Translations under genes and position numbers: made by a program | Shown here: in pieces, positions 49,411-59,728 of the stretch | Numbering within the stretch: the stretch's first letter is position 1 | How the letters are laid out: each line of letters opens with the position of its first letter | DNA from: Bacteroidales bacterium | GTDB lineage: Bacteria > Bacteroidota > Bacteroidia > Bacteroidales > P3 | NCBI GenBank assembly: GCA_036655775.1 | Contig: JAVVPL010000001.1 | Span: 30,939-94,938, forward strand | Length of the DNA stretch: 64,000 nucleotides | Reading direction: 5' to 3' | Notes under the pieces: model-generated | The model's database searches: none | The model's input: the letters and a program-made list of their open reading frames with translations, nothing else | What the model was told of the DNA's origin: nothing

Positions 49411-50928
49411 ATGGCAAATCACGAAGAAATTTTTAAAAAATTGATTGCTCACGCAAAAGAATATGGGTTTATTTTTCCTTCCAGTGAAATTTATGATGGA
49501 ATGGCCGCCGTGTACGACTATGCTCAATATGGCGTTGAACTCAAAAATAATATTCGACAACATTGGTGGAAAAGCATGGTTCAAATGCACGAAAATATTG
49601 TAGGCATTGATTCCGCCATATTTATGCACCCTTCGGTATGGAAAGCCTCGGGTCACGTAGATGCTTTTAGCGATCCTATGATCGATAACAAAGATTCTAA
49701 AAAACGCTATCGTGCGGATATGCTTATTGAAGACTATATCGCAAAAATAGAAGAGAAAATAAATAAAGAAGTAGAAAAAGCAGCAAAACGCTTTGGAGAA
49801 GCTTTTGATAAAACTCAATTTTTGGCTACCAACGAACGCGTACTAGCCAATACCGAAAAAATAAAAACGATCTCTCATCGTATGAACCAAGATTTGGAAA
49901 AAAACGATTTGGCTGATTTGAAATCTTTAATCGAAGAATTAGAAATTGCATGTCCTATTTCAGGAAGTCGCAATTGGACCGATATTCGTCAATTTAATTT
50001 GATGTTCTCTACACAAATGGGTTCGTTGAGTGAAGAAACTAATTTGGTTTATTTACGTCCCGAAACTGCACAAGGTATTTTTGTAAATTTTCTCAATGTG
50101 CAAAAAACAGGACGAATGAAAATTCCTTTTGGTATTGCTCAAACAGGGAAAGCTTTCCGTAATGAAATTGTAGCTCGTCAGTTTATTTTCCGTATGCGTG
50201 AATTTGAACAAATGGAAATGCAATTTTTTGTACGACCTGGCGAAGAACTCAAATGGTTTGAACATTGGAAAAAAGAACGTATGGATTGGCACTTATCCCT
50301 GGGCCTCCCTATTGAAAAATATCGTTTTCACGATCACGAAAAATTGGCTCACTATGCCAATGCTGCTACCGATATTGAATTTGAATTTTTATTTGGATTT
50401 AAAGAATTGGAAGGTATTCACTCTCGGACGAATTTTGACCTTAGTAGACATCAAGAATTTTCGGGTAAAAAAATGCAGTATTTTGATACAGAATTAAACG
50501 AAAGTTATGTGCCTTATGTGGTAGAAACCTCTATTGGCTTAGATAGAACTTGTTTGGCCGTTTTAAGCACCGCTTTTACCGAAGAAAAATTGGAGGATGG
50601 ATCTGAACGAGTGGTTTTGAAATTTCCTGCTATATTAGCTCCTTACAAAATTGCCGTTTTACCTTTAGTTAAAAAAGATGGAATGCCTGAAAAAGCTCAT
50701 GAAATCATGCGTCAACTCATGCCTTCGTTTATGTGTCAGTATGATGAAAAAGACGCAATTGGACGCAGATACCGTAGACAAGATGCCATTGGAACTCCTT
50801 TTTGTATCACCATCGATACCACTACTCTCGAAAATGACACTGTAACAATTCGGGATCGAGATAGTATGAAACAAGAACGAATTGCTATTTCGGAAATTGA
50901 AAGTTATGTAAAAGCCTTATTAAAATAA
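49411..50928 (+). CDS. glyQS: glycine--tRNA ligase (dimeric GlyQS type)
   Basis: 505 aa with class II aaRS motifs (YLRPETAQGIF, FRNEI..R..FIFRMREFEQMEM) and a C-terminal anticodon-binding domain. Confidence 0.95.
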   Translation: MANHEEIFKKLIAHAKEYGFIFPSSEIYDGMAAVYDYAQYGVELKNNIRQHWWKSMVQMHENIVGIDSAIFMHPSVWKASGHVDAFSDPMIDNKDSKKRYRADMLIEDYIAKIEEKINKEVEKAAKRFGEAFDKTQFLATNERVLANTEKIKTISHRMNQDLEKNDLADLKSLIEELEIACPISGSRNWTDIRQFNLMFSTQMGSLSEETNLVYLRPETAQGIFVNFLNVQKTGRMKIPFGIAQTGKAFRNEIVARQFIFRMREFEQMEMQFFVRPGEELKWFEHWKKERMDWHLSLGLPIEKYRFHDHEKLAHYANAATDIEFEFLFGFKELEGIHSRTNFDLSRHQEFSGKKMQYFDTELNESYVPYVVETSIGLDRTCLAVLSTAFTEEKLEDGSERVVLKFPAILAPYKIAVLPLVKKDGMPEKAHEIMRQLMPSFMCQYDEKDAIGRRYRRQDAIGTPFCITIDTTTLENDTVTIRDRDSMKQERIAISEIESYVKALLK

Positions 50929-50941
50929 GGCTTTTACAATA

Positions 50942-51778
50942 TTATTCCCAAGTGAAAAATAAAAGTTCATCACAAAGCGTATAATTGTTTTTTTCTAATA
51001 CAAATAAATAACGTTCTACCACATCTCCTGTAATTGAAAGAGGATGTGATTTGACCAACCATTGATACGTCTTTTTGAAATCGGCCCGTAATTTATTTTT
51101 CTTTGTATTGAAAAGGGATGTTTTGGAAGTGCCAAAAACTAGAGTTTCCAAATAGGTATTATAACGTTCTTGCGCATCTTGCTTCAACAGAAATTTAGGA
51201 TAATTCTGAATAAATTTTTCCCACCACAAACAACGTTCCGCAAGCAATTGCGGACTAATCAATAAGGAATCTTCTTGCGAAAAACCTTCCTTGGATTCTA
51301 AATCCGTTTTATCTAAAAAAACTTGCATGGCTGGCGTTAGAAAAGGCTTTAATTGTGCATGGATATTTTCCAAATCAGGCAAAACTATCAGTACATCTTT
51401 GTTTTCGGTAAAAATATAATTTTGACGTTTCAATTTAGCTTGATAGGCTATCATACTACGTCTTTGCTTATCTCCCTTTATTTTGTTGGGATTAGACAAT
51501 AGCCTATAATCAAAATTGACTTCGTTGAGTGTCCGTATCATATATTCTTCAAACACAATAAAAGCCGTATCACAAATTGCAGGATCGATATTTTTGAATG
51601 TTTCTTTATATCTTCGAAGGGCTTTATTTAAAGAAGTGGATTCATTATATGGCAATAGCTTTAAATTTTCATAATAATAGGCTACTAAAGGGTTCTCTAA
51701 TTGAGCTTGTGTTTCAAGAAAAAAGCCACACAAACTACATAATAAAAAACACCATTTTAGCAAAGGTCGTATGGGCAT
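50942..51778 (-). CDS. hypothetical secreted protein
   Basis: 278-aa ATG ORF with a signal peptide ending ETQAQ. It starts 4 nt after the Ca-ATPase stop. I recognise no motif. Confidence 0.6.
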   Translation of the reverse strand: MPIRPLLKWCFLLCSLCGFFLETQAQLENPLVAYYYENLKLLPYNESTSLNKALRRYKETFKNIDPAICDTAFIVFEEYMIRTLNEVNFDYRLLSNPNKIKGDKQRRSMIAYQAKLKRQNYIFTENKDVLIVLPDLENIHAQLKPFLTPAMQVFLDKTDLESKEGFSQEDSLLISPQLLAERCLWWEKFIQNYPKFLLKQDAQERYNTYLETLVFGTSKTSLFNTKKNKLRADFKKTYQWLVKSHPLSITGDVVERYLFVLEKNNYTLCDELLFFTWE

Positions 51779-51782
51779 TCCC

Positions 51783-54476
51783 TTATTTTTTGGCCAAATT
51801 ACGTTTGAATAAACGATATATTTCGCCTACCCATAAAACACAAGATGTAGTACAAATAATGATCAGCCAATCTTTTAATTCCATAGGCACTGTGCGAAAT
51901 ACGGTTCCACCAAATTCCACAATTAAAACTTGACCTACCAAAATAAGCAATGCCACTAATACAAAAATAGGCGCTTTACTAAGACCTGTAAATGCTGATT
52001 TATCGGTAAAATAAGCTTTTGCATTAAATAAATTCCAAAATTGAAGCATTACAAAAAAAGTAAAAAATTGTGATAAATGGTAAGGGGTGATATTACCTTC
52101 GCTATCACTAAACGAATACCAAAGAGCAATAAGTACAATAAAGAATATAGCGCCAATACCAATAATATTGGTCAACATTTTGCGAGAAATAATAAACGCA
52201 TTATTGTCTCTGGGTTTTTGCAACATGACCGCAGGATTAGGAGGAAGTGAGGCCAAAGCCGCAGAAGCAAAAGTATCCATAATCAAATTGACCCACAACA
52301 TTTGCGTTACCGTCAAAGGAATTTCATGTCCTATCATAGATCCCAAAAATACAATTAATAAGGCAACCATATTAATAATAAGTTGAAACCACATAAAGCG
52401 TTGAATATTTTGATACAAGGAACGTCCCCATTTTACAGCCGTAGTGATACTGTTGAACGAATCATCCAAGAGTGTAATATCACTGGCTTCCTTAGCCACT
52501 GCAGTACCTGTTCCCATAGATAAACCACAATTTGCATGGTGAAGTGCAGGCGCATCGTTTGTGCCATCACCTGTTACAGCCACAATATGTCCTTGTTGTT
52601 GAAGTAATGAAACCATACGTTGTTTGTCGGCAGGACGAGCGCGCATCATAATTTTAATATCCGATAAGCGTTCGAGTACTTCTTCATCCGACAATGCTTC
52701 AAAATCGACCCCCGTAATATGATTACGTTCGCCATCCTCCTCTTTCCATAAGCCTATTTGGCGTGCAATAGCAACAGCCGTACGACTGGTATCTCCTGTG
52801 ATCATTTTGATTTGAATACCTGCATTTACACAAGTTTGAACAGCTGGAGGAACTTCCGAACGAACAGGATCTGCAATAGCAAGCACACCCATAAAGGTGA
52901 AGTTAAGATTTGTCAAAGCTTGAGTTAAGGTTGCTGCGAGTTGTTCGCTACTTGCTGTTTCGGAAACTTCAATTTCTTTATAGGCAAAAGCAAGCGTACG
53001 CATAGCTTGATCTTGATAGCCCATCAAAGTTTGTATTACTTCTTCTGAATAGGGAATTTCTTGACATTTATCAATAATAATTTCAGGAGCACCTTTGAGA
53101 TAGACCAAATGTTTTTTCAAAACTGGCGAATAGACCAAACTAGCCATGTATTTGGTTTCGGTAGAGAAGGGTTGTTGACTTAATATTTTGGTTTGCGCAC
53201 GTAAACCCGTATAATCACAACCTTGTCCATCCAACCATAACAAGAGAGCCGCTTCGGTAGGATTACCAATCGGTTTTAATTCTTTTAAATTCGATCTATC
53301 TAAATGCGCCGTTGAATTGGCTGACATGTTTTCTTTGATAAGTTGACTTAAAACACTATCATTTAATTTTTGAGAATCCAATTCTTTGAAAAAAGTTTGA
53401 TTAACCTGCATCTTATTTTGTGTAAGCGTACCTGTTTTGTCAGTACAAATTACCGTAGCCGCTCCCATAGTTTCACAAGCGTGCATTTTACGCACCAAGT
53501 TATTTTCTTTCAACATTCGTCGAACACTTAGAGCCAAACTTAAAGTCACACTCATTGGAAGACCTTCGGGAACAGAAACCACAATCAAAGTAACCGAAAC
53601 CATAATATAATGCAAAAAGCGGTTTAAATTTTCATACGTAAACCACGAAGCCATATCGTTGATAGGAAGTATTTTTTCGATGAAAATATCCTTCAAAAAA
53701 AGCATTATAAACAAGGCGGCAGCTAAGCTATAACCCAATACAGCAATACGTTTTGCCAATTTATCCAATTGTTTATTCAAAGGGGTAGGTTCTGAAATTA
53801 TTTCGGTAGATTTTTGCGCAATTTTGCCATATTCCGTAGCATCCCCAACTTTTTGGACTTGAAGCACGGCCCTACCTTCCATAATTTTAGTGCCTCTCAT
53901 AGCGGTATTGGAAGGATATGTGGCATCCAAAGCAAAAGCACTCGGATCGATAGTTTTAGAACATAACATTTCTCCCGTTAAACAAGATTCATCTATTTTT
54001 AAGCGCACGGCTTCCAACAATAGGCCATCTGCAGGAACCTCATCGCCTGTATCTAATAAAATAATATCTCCCACCACTACTTCTCTCCGATTAATTTCTA
54101 AAATAGTTCCTTCTCGTTTTACTTTGACAAGCCGATCATCTTGTTGTTGATTGAGAATATCAAAACGTTTGTTGGCATCGTATTCAAACCAAAAACCTAT
54201 ACCCGTAGCTAATATTACAGCGAGAAGAATACCTAAAGATTCAGCAAAATCACAATCGGCAAACGATTTGCCTTCGGTGAACATAGGTACTAGAGCAATA
54301 CCTATGGAAAGGAGCACAACCACAAGTAATATGCGAATAATTGGATCTTCAAATTTAGTAAGAAAAATACTCCATAGAGAAACTTTCTTAGGAGGGGTAA
54401 TTAAATTATCCCCATGTTTACGACGACTCTCTTCTACTTCATTTGAAGATAAGCCATTTGGAATAGTCACTGACAT
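51783..54476 (-). CDS. calcium-translocating P-type ATPase (PMCA/P2 type)
   Basis: 897 aa with TGE, the phosphorylation site CTDKTGTLTQN, MITGD and VTGDGTNDAPAL, plus 10 TM helices. Confidence 0.92.
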   Translation of the reverse strand: MSVTIPNGLSSNEVEESRRKHGDNLITPPKKVSLWSIFLTKFEDPIIRILLVVVLLSIGIALVPMFTEGKSFADCDFAESLGILLAVILATGIGFWFEYDANKRFDILNQQQDDRLVKVKREGTILEINRREVVVGDIILLDTGDEVPADGLLLEAVRLKIDESCLTGEMLCSKTIDPSAFALDATYPSNTAMRGTKIMEGRAVLQVQKVGDATEYGKIAQKSTEIISEPTPLNKQLDKLAKRIAVLGYSLAAALFIMLFLKDIFIEKILPINDMASWFTYENLNRFLHYIMVSVTLIVVSVPEGLPMSVTLSLALSVRRMLKENNLVRKMHACETMGAATVICTDKTGTLTQNKMQVNQTFFKELDSQKLNDSVLSQLIKENMSANSTAHLDRSNLKELKPIGNPTEAALLLWLDGQGCDYTGLRAQTKILSQQPFSTETKYMASLVYSPVLKKHLVYLKGAPEIIIDKCQEIPYSEEVIQTLMGYQDQAMRTLAFAYKEIEVSETASSEQLAATLTQALTNLNFTFMGVLAIADPVRSEVPPAVQTCVNAGIQIKMITGDTSRTAVAIARQIGLWKEEDGERNHITGVDFEALSDEEVLERLSDIKIMMRARPADKQRMVSLLQQQGHIVAVTGDGTNDAPALHHANCGLSMGTGTAVAKEASDITLLDDSFNSITTAVKWGRSLYQNIQRFMWFQLIINMVALLIVFLGSMIGHEIPLTVTQMLWVNLIMDTFASAALASLPPNPAVMLQKPRDNNAFIISRKMLTNIIGIGAIFFIVLIALWYSFSDSEGNITPYHLSQFFTFFVMLQFWNLFNAKAYFTDKSAFTGLSKAPIFVLVALLILVGQVLIVEFGGTVFRTVPMELKDWLIIICTTSCVLWVGEIYRLFKRNLAKK

Positions 54477-54514
54477 CGTATTTATTTATTTTTATACTTT
54501 AATTTATTTTGGCA

Positions 54515-54522
54515 CAAAGATA
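54515..54522 (-). promoter_or_regulatory. -7 box TATCTTTG upstream of the Ca-ATPase gene
   Basis: Exact TAnnTTTG, 38 nt before the ATG. Confidence 0.55.
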
Positions 54523-54605
54523 TAAATAAATTCACTATTATTTGATATTTTCACCAACTTTTTAACAAAAAACCAAGTATCTAAAAACGCTTCAAAAAAT
54601 TTAGT

Positions 54606-54613
54606 TACATTTG
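54606..54613 (+). promoter_or_regulatory. -7 box TACATTTG upstream of ettA
   Basis: Exact TAnnTTTG, 26 nt before the ATG. Confidence 0.55.
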
Positions 54614-54639
54614 TATTCTATTTAAAACAAACAAAAAAT

Positions 54640-56316
54640 ATGGCAGACGAACAAAAAATAATTTTCTCGATGATGGGCGTGGGTAAAGTATTCCCACCCA
54701 ATAAACAAGTACTCAAAAATATTTACCTTTCTTTTTTCTATGGTGCCAAAATAGGTATTATCGGATTGAATGGATCAGGCAAATCAACTTTACTTAAAAT
54801 TATTGCAGGACTAGAAAAATCATATCAAGGAGAAGTAGCTTTTTCGGCAGGGTATAGCATCGGTTATCTAGCACAAGAACCAATCTTGGACGATTTAAAA
54901 ACAGTGAAAGAGGTGGTGCAGGAAGGCGTACAAGAGGTAGTAAATATGCTCAAAGAATATGAAGAGATAAATAATAAATTTGCCGATCCAATGAGTGATG
55001 ACGAAATGAATGCACTTATTGAACGTCAAGGGGTCGTAATGGAGCTACTCGAGCAACATAACGCATGGGAGCTAGACACTAAGCTCGATCGGGCTATGGA
55101 TGCTTTAAATTGCCCAGAAAACGAAGCTTTGGTAAGCACTTTATCAGGAGGAGAACGTCGTAGAGTCGCTCTTTGTCGTCTGTTGTTACAAGAACCCGAT
55201 ATTTTACTTTTGGATGAACCCACCAATCATTTAGATGCGGAAAGTATTCAATGGTTAGAACAACACCTCCGTCAGTATAAAGGCACGGTTATTGCCGTGA
55301 CTCACGACCGTTATTTTTTAGACAATGTAGCGGGTTGGATTTTGGAATTAGATCGAGGCGAAGGCATTCCTTGGAAAGGAAATTACAGTTCTTGGTTGGA
55401 ACAAAAAACCAAACGCATGGAACAAGAAGAAAAAACAGAATCGAGGCATCGAAAAACACTTGAAAGAGAATTGGAATGGGTAAGAATGTCGCCAAAAGCA
55501 AGACAAGCCAAAGGAAAAGCTCGTTTAAATGCGTACGAAAAAATGTTGACGGAAGATGGCAAACAAAAAGAAGAACGTTTGGAAATTTATATCCCCGATG
55601 GTCCTCGTTTAGGCACCAATGTGATTGAAGCTATCAATGTACATAAAGCTTTTGGAGAGAAAATTCTTTTTGATAATCTCAATTTTGCTTTACCTCCTGC
55701 AGGTATTGTGGGGGTGATTGGACCCAATGGAGCAGGCAAAACCACTTTGTTTCGCATGATTATGGGTATTGAAAATGCAGATGCAGGTGATTTTAAAGTA
55801 GGACCTACAGTTAAAACCGCTTACGTAGATCAGCAACACGCTTCTATTGATCCAGAAAAAAATGTATGGGAAGTGATTTCGGAAGGCAATGAACAAATTC
55901 AGTTGGGCGGACGTTTGATTAATTCTCGTGCATACGTGGGACGTTTTAATTTTAGTGGGGCTGACCAAGGCAAAAAAACGGGTATTTTATCAGGTGGGGA
56001 ACGCAATCGTTTACATTTGGCATTAACCCTAAAATCGGAAGCCAATGTGTTATTGTTGGACGAACCAACCAATGATATTGATGTAAACACTTTACGAGCA
56101 CTAGAAGAGGGCTTGGAAAATTTTGCTGGTTGCGCAGTGGTTATTTCTCACGATCGTTGGTTCTTGGATAGAATTGCAACACATATCTTAGCATTTGAAG
56201 GAGAGGGTCAAGTGTACTTTTTTGAAGGAGGATTTAGCGATTATGAAGAGAATAGAAAAAAACGATTAGGCAACAATGAACCTAAGCGATTTAGATATAA
56301 AAAATTGATGATCTAA
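54640..56316 (+). CDS. ettA: energy-dependent translational throttle protein EttA (ABC-F)
   Basis: 558 aa. Two ABC cassettes (GLNGSGKST / GPNGAGKTT, LSGGERRR / LSGGERNR) with an ABC-F linker. Confidence 0.95.
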   Translation: MADEQKIIFSMMGVGKVFPPNKQVLKNIYLSFFYGAKIGIIGLNGSGKSTLLKIIAGLEKSYQGEVAFSAGYSIGYLAQEPILDDLKTVKEVVQEGVQEVVNMLKEYEEINNKFADPMSDDEMNALIERQGVVMELLEQHNAWELDTKLDRAMDALNCPENEALVSTLSGGERRRVALCRLLLQEPDILLLDEPTNHLDAESIQWLEQHLRQYKGTVIAVTHDRYFLDNVAGWILELDRGEGIPWKGNYSSWLEQKTKRMEQEEKTESRHRKTLERELEWVRMSPKARQAKGKARLNAYEKMLTEDGKQKEERLEIYIPDGPRLGTNVIEAINVHKAFGEKILFDNLNFALPPAGIVGVIGPNGAGKTTLFRMIMGIENADAGDFKVGPTVKTAYVDQQHASIDPEKNVWEVISEGNEQIQLGGRLINSRAYVGRFNFSGADQGKKTGILSGGERNRLHLALTLKSEANVLLLDEPTNDIDVNTLRALEEGLENFAGCAVVISHDRWFLDRIATHILAFEGEGQVYFFEGGFSDYEENRKKRLGNNEPKRFRYKKLMI

Positions 56317-56330
56317 AGCAAAAATACATA

Positions 56331-56370
56331 AAAAAATCCCTATTTGATTGAAATCAGATAGGGATTTTTT
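56331..56370. terminator. bidirectional terminator between convergent ettA and the heme-binding protein gene
   Basis: A6-ATCCCTATTTGATT..AATCAGATAGGGAT-T6; a stem of about 13 bp flanked by A-run and T-run. Confidence 0.8.
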
Positions 56371-56384
56371 ATTGCAATTCATTT

Positions 56385-56819
56385 TTAATAATTTCTTGCA
56401 AAGTTTTCAAATAAATTCAATTCCTGAGCATTGACTTCTGCATCGGGATGGATCCAAAGATACTGCTTCATCGGCATTTTCTTATCTTTGATATAGTATA
56501 CAGAATTTATCAAGTGCGCTTTTTGAAGTTCAGGCGCATATTGATTCCATTGAGAAAAATTTAATTCTGCACGCGCATCTTTCACATCTTTGGCTACCAT
56601 AATCGAAACAAAGGGAAGTTTTTGAAACCAAGTCATTTTGGTTTCATTTGAATGGCAATCGTAACAAGATTCAGTTAATATTTTCTGCACATTTTCAGGA
56701 GCTGAAATATTTTCTGTAATAGGAGGATTATCAACAATAGTCATAAATTGCATAATTACGGTGGCTATAAGAAATAGGCCAGCGAGAATGCCAATGAGAA
56801 GAAAAAATTTTCGTTTCAT
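56385..56819 (-). CDS. heme-binding (Haem_bd-type, CxxCH) domain protein, membrane-anchored
   Basis: 144 aa with an N-terminal TM helix and a CYDCHSNETKMTWFQKLPFVS motif. Confidence 0.7.
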   Translation of the reverse strand: MKRKFFLLIGILAGLFLIATVIMQFMTIVDNPPITENISAPENVQKILTESCYDCHSNETKMTWFQKLPFVSIMVAKDVKDARAELNFSQWNQYAPELQKAHLINSVYYIKDKKMPMKQYLWIHPDAEVNAQELNLFENFARNY

Positions 56820-56917
56820 ACGTATTTATATTTGTTTATTACATTTAGAAGCAGCCCCTAAGATTTAATTCTTTTAAATACCGTTTGCATTGGGCTAGTT
56901 TCTGTCTATCTATTATT

Positions 56918-57853
56918 TTAGTTTCCCGTATGTGCTAAATATTTGAATCCTTTTCCCATAATTTCACTACTCTCAATTACATTTACAAAAGCATTCGGAT
57001 CTACTTGCGCTAAACCATTTTTAAGTTCCACAAATTCACGGCGAGTTACCGTTGTATAAATTACCGTACGTTCCATCCCTTGATAAATACCTATTCCTTG
57101 AAAACAAGTACCCCCTCTGTTGATATCATTAACAATTAAATTGCGTACTGCATCGTAATGATCCGTAACAATAAATACCGTTTTATACACTTTAACCCCA
57201 TCCACCACAATATCTATAATTTTACTTTCAATAACAATGAGCACAATGGAATAAATAGGTAAACGCACTTGTCCAAAAGCAAATAAGGTAGTTAAGGTAA
57301 TGGTTGAATCGACAATCAATACCAAAGTTCCTAAGGAAATATGCGTATATTTATTTAATATCATTGAAATAATATCCGAACCTCCAGAAGTTGCTCCCGA
57401 CTTAAATATTAAGCCTATGGCCAAACCATAGATAAGTCCTGCCACTAATGTATTTAGAAAATAATCTGGAATAAAATTCAAAGCTCCAGGTGCTGGATTG
57501 GCCACAAAACCATCATTGATAATTGGCGCATATCCCCAAGTGGTTTCCAATAAAAAAACAAAACCTAAGATAGCAAACGTAGACACAATTGTTTTGACCC
57601 CAAATTTAGGCCCCAAAACCCACGTACCTAATATAAGCAAAGGAATATCCATACAAAAAGCATAATAACTTATTTTCCATGGCCACAAACTATTAAAAAC
57701 ATTGGCCAAACCATAAGTTCCTCCTGGAGCCAAACGATAAGGATTTACAAACATAACATCTCCTATGGCAAACAAAAGACTTCCTATAAGGATATAGGTG
57801 TATGCCAATATCCATTTTTTGGATAAGAATTTTTCATTGGTACTAATACTCAT
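56918..57853 (-). CDS. YitT family membrane protein (with DUF2179 C-terminal domain)
   Basis: 311 aa. Multiple TM helices, GG.YG and GATSGGSD motifs, soluble C-terminal domain. Confidence 0.85.
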   Translation of the reverse strand: MSISTNEKFLSKKWILAYTYILIGSLLFAIGDVMFVNPYRLAPGGTYGLANVFNSLWPWKISYYAFCMDIPLLILGTWVLGPKFGVKTIVSTFAILGFVFLLETTWGYAPIINDGFVANPAPGALNFIPDYFLNTLVAGLIYGLAIGLIFKSGATSGGSDIISMILNKYTHISLGTLVLIVDSTITLTTLFAFGQVRLPIYSIVLIVIESKIIDIVVDGVKVYKTVFIVTDHYDAVRNLIVNDINRGGTCFQGIGIYQGMERTVIYTTVTRREFVELKNGLAQVDPNAFVNVIESSEIMGKGFKYLAHTGN

Positions 57854-57903
57854 AGCAATTTGATTTTAGAAATTTGTGTTTATATTGATTGGATGCAAAA
57901 AAT

Positions 57904-57939
57904 AAAAAAAAAACCGAAGCTACACACCTCGGTTTTTTT
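57904..57939 (-). terminator. intrinsic terminator after tsf
   Basis: Minus strand reads A7-CCGAGG-UGUGUAG-CUUCGG-U10. One G.U pair is possible only on the minus strand. Confidence 0.8.
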
Positions 57940-57956
57940 ATACGTTTGTGTGTGGT

Positions 57957-58784
57957 TTAGGCACCTAACATTAAACGACGAAAAGCAATTACTTTTGCGC
58001 CTTCTCCATGATTAGTTATATATTGACCCACACTAAGTTTACCATCTTTAATATATTCTTGATGTAAGAGTGTATTGTCTTTGAAAAATTTATTTAATTT
58101 TCCTTGTGCAATTTTTTCAACCATATTTTCTGGTTTACCTTCTTGACGAATGATTTCACGAGCAAGCGTTAATTCATGCTCTATTACTTCTTTTGCAACT
58201 GAATTTTCATCAATTGACACAGGCGACATGGCTGCAATTTGCATGGCTACATTAGCACCTACTTCATCGGAAGTAACTTTATCGAAAGCTACAATAGAAG
58301 CTAAACGATTTCCATTATGATTATATGCAAATACTTTGGGTCCTTCAATAAATTCAAAATGAGTCAACTCAATTTTTTCGCCAATTTTACCGACTAAATC
58401 CGTAATGCGTTCACCAAGTGAACGACCCTCAACATCCATGGCCAAAACTGCCTCCATACTTTTGATCATGTTTTTAGTCGCCAAATCGGATGCCGTTTTA
58501 CAAAAATTGACAAATTCTTCGTTTTTAGCTACAAAATCCGTTTCACTACTAATCATAAGAACCGATGCGTATTTGCCATCAGCCGAAGTTTGTGCAATTA
58601 CCATTCCTTCATTCGCATCTCGATCGGCACGTTTAGCCGCTAATTTTTGACCTTTTTTACGAAGAAAATCAATGGCTTTATCAAAATCCCCACCATTTTC
58701 AACGAGCGCATTTTTACAATCCATCATACCTGCGCCAGTCATTTGTCTTAATTTATTTACATCTGAAGCTGTTATGTTTGCCAT
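57957..58784 (-). CDS. tsf: translation elongation factor Ts
   Basis: 275 aa with the N-terminal UBA-like LRQMTGAGMMDCKNAL motif. Confidence 0.95.
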   Translation of the reverse strand: MANITASDVNKLRQMTGAGMMDCKNALVENGGDFDKAIDFLRKKGQKLAAKRADRDANEGMVIAQTSADGKYASVLMISSETDFVAKNEEFVNFCKTASDLATKNMIKSMEAVLAMDVEGRSLGERITDLVGKIGEKIELTHFEFIEGPKVFAYNHNGNRLASIVAFDKVTSDEVGANVAMQIAAMSPVSIDENSVAKEVIEHELTLAREIIRQEGKPENMVEKIAQGKLNKFFKDNTLLHQEYIKDGKLSVGQYITNHGEGAKVIAFRRLMLGA

Positions 58785-58816
58785 CTTAATATTTATTTTA
58801 AAATCGTGTGTTTTTA

Positions 58817-59728
58817 TTATTTCTTAATTACTTTTTTACCTACTGCAGGAGCTACGGCTTTACGTGGACGTCTTTCTTTTTTGCCTTCATCCCCTTCAAT
58901 TGCTGCATCTTTCACTTTTTTAGGAGCTACTTTTGTTTTTTCAATACCGTCAGCATCCACTTCTTCCAATTCATCTATTTCTATAGCATTTGCTTCCGCT
59001 TCATTGGCTTCAGCTTCTTCTTCACGTTGATCTTTATCTAATTTGCGTTCGGCCAAACCTTCTTCTATGGCAGCCGTCATTTGGTCAACAATGATAGCAA
59101 TTGATTTTGACGCATCGTCATTTGCAGGAATAGGAAAGTCGATTAATTCGGGATTTGTATTGGTATCAACCATAGCAAAGGTTGGAATATTTAAACGACG
59201 TGCTTCGGATACTGCAATATGTTCTTTGTTGATATCCACAATAAAAATAGCAGAAGGAAGACGAGATAAATCGGCAATAGAACCTAAGTTTTTTTCCAAT
59301 TTTTCTTTTTCACGAGAAATTTGAAGACGCTCACGTTTAGAAATGGCATCAAATTGTTTGTCGTGCATAAGTTTATCAATTGAACTCATTTTTTTAACCG
59401 CTTTGCGAATAGTAGCAAAGTTGGTCAACATTCCACCAGGCCAACGTTCGGTAACATAAGGCATACCTACTTTAGATACATAATCAGCTACAATTGCTCT
59501 CGCTTGTTTTTTGGTAGCCACAAATAAAATTTTGCGACCCGATTTTGCAATTTGTTTCAAAGCATTTGCGGCTTCGTCCATTTTAGCAACCGTTTTGTAA
59601 AGGTCGATAATATGAATACCATTTTTTTCCATGAAAATGTAAGGAGCCATTTTAGGATTCCATTTTCTTTTGAGGTGACCAAAATGTACACCTGCTTCTA
59701 AAAGTTGATCAAAATTAACTTTTGCCAT
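58817..59728 (-). CDS. rpsB: 30S ribosomal protein S2 with about 70-aa charged C-terminal extension
   Basis: 303 aa. LLEAGVHFGH start and S2 core, followed by an acidic-then-basic tail. Confidence 0.95.
   Translation of the reverse strand: MAKVNFDQLLEAGVHFGHLKRKWNPKMAPYIFMEKNGIHIIDLYKTVAKMDEAANALKQIAKSGRKILFVATKKQARAIVADYVSKVGMPYVTERWPGGMLTNFATIRKAVKKMSSIDKLMHDKQFDAISKRERLQISREKEKLEKNLGSIADLSRLPSAIFIVDINKEHIAVSEARRLNIPTFAMVDTNTNPELIDFPIPANDDASKSIAIIVDQMTAAIEEGLAERKLDKDQREEEAEANEAEANAIEIDELEEVDADGIEKTKVAPKKVKDAAIEGDEGKKERRPRKAVAPAVGKKVIKK

Noticed and set aside
49321-49818. 165-aa minus-strand ORF overlapping the 5' end of glyQS
   Set aside because: It is antisense to a clearly conserved glycyl-tRNA synthetase. 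The F/I/Y/C-rich junk composition is typical of shadow ORFs in AT-rich DNA, and its 5' end runs through the glyQS promoter.
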